Shown: positions 1-10,606 of the stretch, piece after piece
Numbering within the stretch: the first letter of the stretch is position 1
Layout of the letters: every line of letters begins with the position of its first letter
Assembly (NCBI GenBank): GCA_051294375.1
Contig: CM119266.1
Location: forward strand, 222,012-286,011
DNA length: 64,000 bases
Direction of reading: 5' to 3'
From: Paraspadella gotoi
Lineage: Eukaryota; Animalia; Chaetognatha
Position numbers and translations under genes: made by a program
Notes under the pieces: generated by a model
What the model saw: only the letters and a program-made list of their open reading frames with translations
Told to the model about the DNA's origin: nothing
The model's database searches: none

Positions 1-220
1 TGGGAGAAAGTGAGTAAAAAAAAATCGAAACGGCAGAAAAAAATGAAAATAGATTAGGATAGAAAAAGATTAAAAGGGTTGAAAATAACAAAGAAAAAAA
101 AGGGGGAAATGTAGAACAGAGAGAGGGGGAAAAATATAGTGAGAAAGGGAGAGGAGAATAAGGAAAAAAAAATTTTTCTTAAAAAATCAAAGTTTTCATA
201 ACAAAAATCATACTTGAAAA

Positions 221-320
221 TTAACCGAATTTAACCGTTAAAATAAATATATTAACGGTTAAGTTAAAATTATTTTTAACCGTTAATAACCGTTAACTGT
301 TAACGGTTATCGGAACTCTA
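221..320. repeat. Probable terminus of a hAT-like MITE with clustered TAACCGTTAA/TTAACGGTTA motifs
   Basis: Several direct and inverted copies of (T)TAACCGTTA end in GGAACTCTA (rc TAGAGTTCC), which resembles the TAGAGTGG end of the MITE at 15421. The other end is not visible. Confidence 0.35.
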
Positions 321-540
321 ATACCAACTGGTTTTTTGTTTGATAGGATAATGGAATAATTTGTAGAGAGCCGCCAGTCACTTTTTTTTTCTAGTTTAAT
401 AAAGTCAATGCGACCTTTCTGTTTTTAAACATTGATTATCTCTTAAAGCTTGATGGTAATCTGATCATTGGGCTTATGATTGTGGCCATTAAATGCTGGC
501 AGTATAGTGGCAGTGGGGAATGGGCATCATTTAGTCCTAC

Positions 541-946
541 ATTTTTGATAACATGTTTTATATTTTTTATTCAACTTTTTATGGAAAATCTGAATCTGAA
601 GAGACAGTAATTATTGTTATATGTTAGTGACAGAACCGTTCAATATAAGCAGTCCCTGAGCTTCGGATCAGGCTGTAACACCGTGTTACAGGCGGATTAA
701 GCGCCCCGTCCCTCTTAACTGCGAGGCGGCCACCGGGCTAGAACCCCGGACCTTTGGGTTGGGAGTCGAATGACTTGCCTTACTATTTTATAAGAATATT
801 ACTACAAATATATTATATTTTACTATTCTGTTCCCGAGACAATATGAACAAAATATTTTTTGTACTAGTTAATCATACTATCTCACAGCTAAATATCCTT
901 GTTCGATCATTCAAATAATTTTTTTGTTCTTGAGTGCTCCACTCTA
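541..946 (-). mobile_element. Truncated copy of the hAT-type MITE at 15421-16037, interrupted by a SINE
   Basis: 781-946 is the reverse complement of ~15421-15585, and 541-598 is the reverse complement of ~15617-15672. The SINE at 598-780 lies between the two pieces. Confidence 0.8.
598..780 (-). mobile_element. tRNA-derived SINE, family A, 5'-truncated copy
   Basis: Near-identical reverse complement of ~11255-11438, including B-box GGTTCTAGCCC and the CTGTAACAC/GTGTTACAG hairpin. Confidence 0.8.
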
Positions 947-1018
947 CTACTCAAGCCTAGAGTGAACAAACCAATAACGCTTTTCAAATAATTTTTACCA
1001 TCAATTTGCCGACAATTT

Positions 1019-2573
1019 TTATCTCCGAAATTTAAACATAAACATTCGGAAAATTGAGAATCGCTGCCGAAAGACAAGAACGCCCAATAAGAGCACAAAA
1101 AATATAAAGACGTAAACTTTTGCCCATTTCTCGTCACTCTCTCCCAACGGAGGATACGATACGAGCTCCTCCGGCAGCACCGGCAAGAACTTGACGAAAG
1201 GTCGTTCCCTTTTGCTTCTCTTGTCGAGAACGAGGTAGGGCTGAGATCGGACGGCATCGGGGGCGAAGATGGCGTAGTATAGGTGGACGGCGAGAGCGCC
1301 GATAGCTACCCCCGTCTTGTGGGACAAACAGCCGTCCTCGCCCACCGAAGATTCGAGCAAGAGGCGGCGCTTGGGAATAGTAGAACGGGTGGCAAGGGTG
1401 GTGGGGCTGGAAAGAAAAGAAAATTAATCTTTAAGTCTGGCGCGTGTCAATTTCAAAATAAATAATTCGTAATAATGGGTCATAAAAACTTTTATTTATA
1501 CCTCGGAGCTTCCTGTCCAAAGCAACCATTATCCTTCTGCCAGCGCAGCATCGAGCGGAGGACCGGGACGCTAAGAATTTCGACGAAGCCCAGCATCCCG
1601 CAGACGAAAAGCTGCTCCATGAAGAGATCCTGCAGTCCCTCGTGGACAGTCGCTGAGAAAGGATTGGAAGGGTCGGAAGTGTTGAGCTGTAGCACGAGGG
1701 AATGGGGCGTAAAAGAGAGAAGAGGACTCTTGTTTATATGAACGAATGAATGAATGAATGAATGAATGAATCAATGAATGAATCAATGAATGAATGAATC
1801 GATCGATCGACAGAAGAAAAAGACAATAACGACGAAAATGACGAAAATTCGATCAGAACCTGAATCGAGTTGTTAGTCTCAACGGCGACGTTGACNNNNN
1901 NNNNNGCCGTCCAAGAATCGATCGTCTGATCAACGCCGAGTCTCGGGTCGGCGCCGTCCAGCGCTGCCGCCGCTTGAGCCGCGGCGCCGGCAGCGGCAGA
2001 GAACTCGGCGTCGCAGCCGTGGACGGAGGCGAGGTGAGCGTAAAGCAGCTGGTGGGTGGTGAGATACCCGACCGTCTCTCTGCGTCGGATGGACGGAATA
2101 CTCTTACTCTCTATTGTACGTCATTCTGTCCGTCTTTTCGTCAGTCCGTCTGTCCGTCTCTAAGTATGTCTGTCTTCCAATTTCCTTTTACCTTTTCAGC
2201 ATAAAAGCGACGCATTTCGGCGGAATTTCGCATCTTTTCCCTACGTTATGATTGTCTTCCTCTTCCTCTTTTCTTTCCTCCCTTTTCCTTCTCCGTCCCC
2301 TCCTCGCCTTCCTCTCCTCTTCTCCTCCGATCAATCCGATCCTCCTTTTCCTCCGCTTTCCTCTTTCGCTTCTCTCTCCGCTTCTTTCCCCTCTTCTCCT
2401 CGCATCCTCCGTCTCTCCTTCCTCCCTCTCCTCGGCATCTTTCTTCTTCTTCGTCCCCATGAGACTGACGAGGCAAAAGTCGCTTCTCGCTTCGCTTCCA
2501 GCTAAATAAAAAAGCAACATTGATTTTTTTTATTGTTTTGTGTTTTTTTCTTTATTTACTTTTAGCTAAAAAC

Positions 2574-2606
<33 letters not shown>

Positions 2607-3851
2607 AACCCTAAAAAAAATATCCTTACCCATCCTTTCGGACTTTTTTTCCCAAATCAAACTTGGATCTAATTTTCTTATCGCAAATTTGCGAGGGTTT
2701 CTCTTCCGGAAGGGGCTGTGGAATCAAAAATATTTATCAATTTTACAAATATATAATCATAGAAAATAAAATTTTAAAAAACCGTCCAAGTTTAGTACCA
2801 AATGGAGAGCGTCTGCTTTCTTTCGTTTAGGTTCATTTCTATGACCTTTACAGAAAATTGTTTATGATTTTCTCTGCTTTGGGTCCCGCGTTTGAGGCGT
2901 CGCCCGTACAAAATGTACAACAACAGTTTATGCTAATGCATATTTAATTATTGCATCCAAAAAACTCGTAGAAATTTATTTTCATACGAGCATGATTCGA
3001 ACTTTAGTTAGAATGACAATATCAACCAGACTAAAAATTGACCTTAAATTGACATTAAATTGACCTTAAATTGACCTTAAATTGACCTTAAACCGGGTTG
3101 ACCAGGAAAAGAGAGAGACTGAGTTAATGAGCCTCAGCGAGGTCAATTATTCTTCAACCTTTGCATGAGAGGGAGAAAGTGGGAAGCGTATTCAGGATCG
3201 GAAGCAAAGAGGATCGGGAGAGCGTTGGAGCTTATCGTTCGCGATAGTCGATAGACCGTTTGAAGTCTGCGGGATGTAAAAAAACAGAAATCGGTATTCT
3301 TTGGTATTAAGTGATTTTAAAAATTGATTGATGAATTGTACAGACCTTTCTAGAATAGGCGGGGAGATTCGAGGTATCTCCCTTCCTTCGGGAACCGCCC
3401 CCTCTAACACGTTAAGGAGTTGTCCTTCCAAAACTCGGAGTCCGAACAGCCCGTCCAGGTTCATCTTTTCGTAGTTACTAATGTAATCGTAAATAAAAAA
3501 TAAATAAATAAATAAATAAATTAAAGATCGGCTTTGTACGGTAAACTACCAAATTTAAATTTATAAAACCACCCCGATTGCCGTTACCAATGCATGGTCC
3601 TAGTAATTTGTTGTTTTAACATAAAAAAAATTTTAAAAAACTTACTCTGAATAAAATCGGATGAGTTTTTCGATGGCGTTGACAATGTCGACGACATCGC
3701 CGTTTGTGTCGTCGCTTTCTGCGTCGGCGTCGATGTTATTTGAGGCCGCGATTGAAGTTCCGTGCAAACAGCACGACACGAAAATCACCAATAAAAACAG
3801 AAACTTTCTCGTCTTGGCCGATCTTTCGATTGTTGTCCAAGAAGGGTTCAT
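1019..3851 (-). CDS. C16orf89: UPF0764 protein C16orf89 homolog, 8 exons
   Basis: Phase-consistent GT-AG exons: 3851-3646, 3477-3346, 3266-3159, 2715-2630, 2501-2192, 2079-1860 (contains gap 1896-1905), 1686-1502, 1406-1019. N-terminal signal/hydrophobic segment, then motifs in family order: MNLDGLFGLRVLEGQL, SDPEY, LDPSLIW, SDFCLVSLMGT, GYLTTHQLLY..GC, DLFMEQLFVCGMLGF..WQKDNGCFG, DGCLSHKTGVAIGAL. These match remembered human C16orf89 (INLDGMVGVRVLEEQL, GYCLSHQLLF, DIFMENIMFCGMGGF..WQK..GCFG, DGCSSHNTATAVAAL). Confidence 0.9.
3036..3092. repeat. 11-bp tandem repeat (AAATTGACCTT), about 5 copies
   Basis: Directly visible, intronic. Confidence 0.85.
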
Positions 3852-4772
3852 TGTTTGGATTAAAGTTTTGCTTGTTGCTTTTAATTTTCGATACGGTTTA
3901 ATTTCCTTGTAAGTACTTCAAGTATAAGATTAAAAAACGTTTAATGTTTACCCTTTTGTTTTTCATGATACCAAAGCGAAGGTCAAAGCTTTGCTTATTT
4001 ACACGTTACGTCGTTTTAAAAGGTGGAGGGATTACGCCGAGTTATTCCTTAGCTAAGAATGTTATCAGCGACTTTTCCGCTTTAAGTTTAACGACTATGA
4101 CAAGCAGTTGAGAAATTTAAAAAATCAGCTGATGTTTCGACAGTGAGAAGCAAGATCGACTTCGAAAGCTCTTGTTATATTTTTTATTTTTGCCCGGTAA
4201 AAAATTCGGTAAGAGTCGAGAAAGTTACTAAACGTACATAATTGGAAATATTATATCATTTTATCGTCAAAATTGTTGTTTAGGTTTTTTTTTTAGATTC
4301 TTTATTTCTTTATCGATGACTAACAAGGCGAACAACTTTTTAAAAAGTTTATCGAAGTAGAAAAAAAAAACCGATCCTTTTTTTTTTTATGCTAACATAT
4401 TTAATTAAACATTCAGATTACTATTATAACTTTAGTAGTTTTATATATTTTTTAGAAACGCTTCATCATCTTATTTTTATATCCTATCTCAATCAATTTG
4501 TATATTCATATTTCGTAAATTTCATTTACGACTTTTGTTGTTCACAAAAAAAAGGCTGTATGCCGTTCCGTCCTCTTGCGACACTTTGACAGAACATCGA
4601 ATCGACAAAAGACAAACGCATCTCTGCTTACGCTCTCGAAGATCGTCACAAAATAGAGCAACGCTTACTTTCCATGATATTTATCGACAAATAAATGCTA
4701 CAAATTATACAGTCGTCATCTAAACCTCGTCAAATTATACAATTATACAAATTATACAAATTTTTCCCCCAC

Positions 4773-5172
4773 TCAAAAGTCGTCCATGCCAGCCTCGGCT
4801 TCCTCCCTCATCCAGAGTCCAGAGTTCATGATGACGACATCTTCGTAGTAGAACTGACCCGACTTCTCCATGTCGCCGATGTTGAACATTTCCTCGAAGT
4901 CGTACTCGTCCATGGGTTCGCCCATCACGCAACAGGCCGCGCGAACCTGAAGGGTTCGTCTTGTCCTCATTCACTTCTAATAAGATATTTATTTTTGTTT
5001 TTTCAATCTAAATTTGGGTTATAATTTAATTAATGTTATAGTTTTAATTAAAAAACATATATTACACCCGATGTGTCGTTTCATTTTGATCGCTAACCTG
5101 GTTGTAGGTCAAATATCCGGCCTGATCTGAGTCAAAGGCCCTATCGAGAAAAAAGGATTGCAATGACTACTG

Positions 5173-5270
<98 letters not shown>

Positions 5271-5461
5271 TTCTAGTCTACCAACTTGTAAGCCTCAGTA
5301 AGTTTGTCTTCGCTAAACTTGAGTTGTTCCCAATTATCCGCCAAAATGTGAAGTCCTTCTTTCAAGAAAATAAACCTGAGAATTGAGAAAATTTATGATG
5401 TGAAATTAGAATTTTTGTCGATTGTTTGATTGATTGATTGATTGATTGATTGCATTAATTG

Positions 5462-5499
<38 letters not shown>

Positions 5500-6424
5500 T
5501 GATTGATTGATTTATTTATCTATTTATCTATTTAAGACCTCTTTCCAAATTTCTTCTTCATCTCTCCCTGCGTGAAAAGATCGTGATCGAGCGGCGGAGG
5601 CAGATCTTCTCCTCTCAACTTGCGATCAGGAATTTCGTAGTTGTCTTGGACTTGGTATTCCTGATTGATTGATTGATTGATTGATTGACTTGAATTTATT
5701 TATTTATTGATTTATTATTTATTATTTATTATTTATTATTTATTTATTTATTATTTATTTATTTATTTATTATTTATTATTATTTTTATTATTTAATTTA
5801 TTTATTTTTATTATTATTTATTTATTTATTTATTTATTTATATTATTTATTTATTATATTATTAATTTGATTATGTGATTATTGATTTATTGATTTATTG
5901 ATTGATTTGTTTATTTGTTTGTTTGTTTGTTTATTTGTTTATTCATTGGTTCCTTTATTCATTCATTCAATTCGCCGACCTTCATCTTATCGGCGAGATT
6001 GTTGATCGAGTATCTGAATCCCCCCGGCGTCTTCAACTCCCCCATGTAGTTGTTGAAGTTGATGTTATAATTGATGTTGTTGGAGAGTTTGATGAAGTCG
6101 AGGAGGCTGAACTTCTCCACCGCGGATCCGAGGCTGGTTCCCACGGTCGACTCGTCTTCGGATTCCGTCGTCGACGGCGACGACAACGACGACGTCTCGG
6201 ACGACGACGACGAAGACGACGATCCGGCTCTCTTCTTACGTCCGCTCCTGCTGCGGCGTCCGCTCCTGCTACGGCGTCCGCTCCTGCTACGGCGTCCGCT
6301 CCTGCTTCTGTTCCTCAACTTTTCTTTCTTTTTCTTTCCTTTTTTCTTTTCTTTCTTCGCTCGCTCGCCTCCCTTCTCTTCCTTTTTCAATTTCCATAGA
6401 ATCCTCCGGAGGTATTCATGGTTT

Positions 6425-6455
<31 letters not shown>

Positions 6456-6687
6456 CGTAGTTGCTGTTGTTGTTATTATCGTTGATTCTGTTTTTATCGT
6501 CGTCGGTGTTGTCATTGTTGTTGTTCTTGGACTTGTTTCTTCGTTTGTTTCTTGACGCGTTTCTTTTCCTCGGTTTTGTTTTCCCTTTTCGACCTTGGCC
6601 GATATTTCTGTTTATATTTTTGACGTGTCTCGAGGAGACGGAGGTCTGAAAGAAACAAAATGTTGAGAGAGAGAGAGAGAGAAGAGG

Positions 6688-6775
<88 letters not shown>

Positions 6776-6780
6776 AGGAG

Positions 6781-6825
<45 letters not shown>

Positions 6826-6829
6826 ATGG

Positions 6830-6868
<39 letters not shown>

Positions 6869-9645
6869 TAGGCGAACAACCAGACAGAATGACCAAAGGA
6901 ACGACAGAAAAAACGACAGTCCGATAAACGGACAGATGAACATAACCAAACTGACATCGGGACAGACAGACAGACAGAGAAACAGATAAGCAGACAATTA
7001 AAGATGGCACCCAGTCTCCGTCGCTCCGACGCTTCTCGTCATCGTTGTCTTCCTCAACATCTTCGCCAGCCTCAGCGGCGCTTTGTTCGGCGGCGCCGGG
7101 TTTGGCGGCGGCGCTTTGTTCGGCGGCGGCTTTGGCAGCGGCTTTGGCGGCGGCCTTTTCCTTCACGGCGGCCTCCTTGGCGTAGGCGGCGACGGCGGCG
7201 GCGGCCCGCTTCTCTACTTCCTTCGGGTCCGAAGTGAAGGTAGACTTTTTGGATTCAAACTCATCGCCGATGTATTTATCGAAGGCCGCTTTGGCGCCCT
7301 TGGAGCGTGGAGGGAGATGGAGAAAAATGGGTGGGTATATAGTGGCTGTATTTTTATATTTTATATACTTAGTTGGTTATATTTTATTAAGTTTAACTAA
7401 GTATGATATATTGGTTGTACCAATTTCATAACCTGGTTGTTTTCTCTCTCTTTTTAACTATAAATTTATGAGCGACGATTCGTGGATTTTTTTCTCAGCT
7501 CAAACATTTCCACCTTGAGGCCACCACCCCTGATTTACCCACCACATCCAACCACTCCTCACCGTAACTTCCCCCCAATCGCCCAACCCCTTCTCGATCT
7601 TGTCACACCCTCCAACAAAACCTCGCCATGCCCGACACTCCCGAGCACACCATTCTCACCACGATCTCCAAAGTCCTCACTCCCTCCACCCCCCACCTCC
7701 TTCTCCGCGTGTTTTCGACGACCTCGATTCAAGTTGTGTCCGCTCATTTGGCTCAATTCGTCCTGGAGGCGAAAGCGTTGACGCTCGTCTTCCATTATGC
7801 GAATGTCGTGCTGAGACTGGAGCCTTTTGGATTGGGCGAGTGATTGATTGTATGACTTACTCAATGACTGATTGATTGGCAGGTTTATTTATTTACCGAT
7901 CTCCACTATAGATTTATTTAATCCTTGCTTTATTACTGACGAATTTATTACGCATTTGATACTCGATTTTGGGCGAGACAACTAAACGACCGGTTTGAGT
8001 GATTTTTGAAGTACCGATTGATTTGATGACCGATTGATTTGATGACCGATTGATTTGATGACCGATTGATTTGATGACCGATTGATTTGATGACCGATTG
8101 ATTTGATGACCGATTGATTTGATGACCGATTGATTTGATGACCGATTGATTTGATGACCGATTGATTTGATGACCGATTGATTTGATGACCGATTGATTT
8201 GATGACCGATTGATTAATTTTTCTTTTCAGATTACTTTACTTAATAGTTGATCGTTTGATTAATTTATTAATCGATCGATTCCGATCTCCTACTTTTTCA
8301 ACAATTCCAGCTTCGCCAACTTCTCCCGCCGAAAATTCTCGTTGGCGTGAAGATTTCCGGCGATTTGCTCGAAGTTGACGTTTCCTCCCGCCTCGACCTC
8401 TTCACCCTCCTCGTCCTCTTCCTCCCCTTCCTCCTTCGGCGGGTTGGGGTGCCAGGGTCGTTCGAATCTGCGGAGAATCTTGAGAGGCGGGGGGGGGGAG
8501 TGGGACAATGGAAGGGAGGAGGAGATGGAGGAGATGGAGGAGATGGAGGAGATGGAGGAGATGGAGGAGGTGCCCTAAGTCTAAAACGAACCTTTATTAG
8601 ACCATGGAGATAATTCAAAAAGACATCATATCGTAATACTTTCATTTTCCTTTCAATTCATTTTGATTCATTTATTTTTATTAATTTTTTGGTCTGAGGT
8701 GTTAAAATCATGGGAAAAAAAGCGATTTTAAATCTTCGGAAAAAATTATTTTCGATTTGACTATTTTTAAATAGTAGGGAAAAGAACTAAAGAATTAAAA
8801 GAAGGGAGCAATGACACGAGGGAAACTTAGCCATTGTACTTACCTTCTCAACGTCAGCGTGAGATGGAATCAATCCGCACATCTGCATCCAGGGTAAGAT
8901 GTCTCTCTCTCCAATGATCCCGGCGTTAAACTTGTCCAAACCCTAAGTAATTCCAAGGTGGAGAGTGGCCAGTGGGCAGGGATCGCTTTGCTCACCTAAT
9001 CTAAGGCGGATGAGGCCCGATCTCTCGACTCACCTTGAAGTATCCCGTAAACTCCTTGACCATGAGTCCCGAGATCGGTCCGATGGGATCGGGCACTAGA
9101 TCTTTCGCCTTTACTTTCGGCTTCTTTTCCTTTTTTCCTTTTTTTCCTTTTTTTCCCTTTTTTCCTTTTCCGTCGTCGGCGTCAAGATCGACGGCGCCGA
9201 GGTCCCCGATGTCGTCCTCGGCCGCCGGTGCAGCTGCCGGCGCAGCTTCCTCTGCCGGTTTCGCCTCCTGTTTCGCGCCTTTGTCCTTTTTCCCGCCTTT
9301 GCCTCCTCCCTTACCGCCCTTGCCGCCTTTGGCGGGCGGTTCAGGCGGTGGCGGTGGCGGCGGTGGCGCCTCTTCGGTGGTGTCGCCCTCGGCGGGTGGC
9401 GGCGGTGGCGCTTCTCCATCGCCCTCGGTTGGGGGGGCGCCTTCTGCCGGTGCCTCGCCCTCTGGCGGCGGTTCGCCTTCGGAAGGCGGCGCGCCTTCTT
9501 CGCCGGCGCCCCCTTCCGCCGGTGGAGCGGCACCGTCGGCCGGTGCGCCGTCCTCGTCTGTCGGCCCCGGCTCTGACGCCGCTTCCGACGCGGCTTCATC
9601 CGGCGGCGCGGATTCCGGAACTTCTTCCGGATTTTCGTCGGCCAT
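4773..9645 (-). CDS. Large calmodulin/myosin-light-chain-like EF-hand protein (~835 aa, 11 exons) with split lobes
   Basis: Exons 9645-9034, 8942-8844, 8693-8592 (in-frame TGA at 8660-8658; an alternative model exists), 8478-8294, 7823-7697, 7298-7011, 6645-5980, 5660-5539, 5375-5286, 5140-5098, 4946-4773, all phases compatible. N-lobe EFTGYFKGLDKFNAGIIGERDILPWMQMCGLIPSHADVEK..LRYDVFLNYL resembles CaM [45 protein letters not shown]. C-lobe LTEAYKAFDSDQAGYLTYNQVRAACCVMGEPMDEYDFEEMFNIGDMEKSGQFYYEDVV resembles CaM [58 protein letters not shown]. Confidence 0.8.
5178..5270. repeat. (ATT)n microsatellite
   Basis: About 30 perfect units filling most of an intron. Confidence 0.95.
8014..8213. repeat. 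16-bp minisatellite (CCGATTGATTTGATGA), about 12.5 copies
   Basis: Perfect tandem array in the intron between exons 4 and 5 of the EF-hand gene. Confidence 0.95.
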
Positions 9646-9874
9646 TTTGTCGTTTAAAATTAAGCTTCAATTATTGTTTATTTTATATTGATTTTAGTAC
9701 GAATTTTATTAATTATAAAACGTACGAAGAAGACTTAAATCGCAATTGTAAGAAAGGTTATCGAAAGAAATGAGAAGTTAATATCATGCACATTAATTGA
9801 GAAAGATATATAAACATTAGTAGGGAACAAAAAAAAACAAAAGACAATAAGTATTGTATTTTCAATAGGGAGAT

Positions 9875-10265
9875 ACAGTGCAAGTACAAAAACGATATTT
9901 TTTGCCAGATATTTCGACTTATTTTTTAAGTCATCATCAGTGGTAAAAGATATGAAACAGGAATAAAAATGTTTTCTGGACCGGGAGAAGGCTTAAATGA
10001 AGAAGACTGGGGGCGGGGGGCCTATGTCAGGACAGATGCCTGGAACCCTGTTTTTCATGAACTGGGAAAATGAAAAATTAAAGAGGGGGGCAACCAAATT
10101 TTGGGTCTTTTAGTCATATAGTCTCTCTCTCTCTCTTAGTCTCTCTCTATATTTCTTATTTGTTTCCAGAAAAAACTTTTATTCCTCTTATATCTTTTAC
10201 CACTTATGATGACTTTAAAAATAAATCGAAATATTTGGCAAAAAAAAAATTCTTTTCTGTGATTT
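9875..10265. mobile_element. MITE with ~90-bp imperfect terminal inverted repeats, possibly Tc1/mariner-type
   Basis: Left arm TTTTTGCCAGATATTTCGACTTATTTTTTAAGTCATCATCAGTGGTAAAAGATAT pairs with right arm ATATCTTTTACCACTTATGATGACTTTAAAAATAAATCGAAATATTTGGCAAAAA. Left end reads TA|CAGTG. The right terminus is decayed. Confidence 0.6.
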
Positions 10266-10606
10266 GTTCCATCCTGTTCGTGTTTTTTGTTCGATTCTGT
10301 TCATAAATATGCAGTTTGGTTTGATATGTTTCTGAGTTTTGTTACTATGAAATTGGTACAACCAATATAAAAATTATCCATTCATTTAATAAATAAGCTA
10401 TCTTGCCCCTGACTTTGGACAGGCTTTGGTGGTTTAAGGCCTCCATCACTCTTACAAGATAATGACATAGCAGGTCCCTGCAAGCTTTCAATCAAGACTC
10501 TCTCACAGTCTCGTTTATTCACTCCCAGAGTACCTGGCTTCCCTATCAATGAAGTGGAAAATATTTCAAAGAATGTTTCAATTGTATATTATGTACATTT
10601 TTCCAT

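Noticed and set aside
9035-9773. Overlapping plus-strand Gly/Ser/Ala-rich ORFs
   Set aside because: Antisense shadows of the GC-rich first exon of the EF-hand gene.
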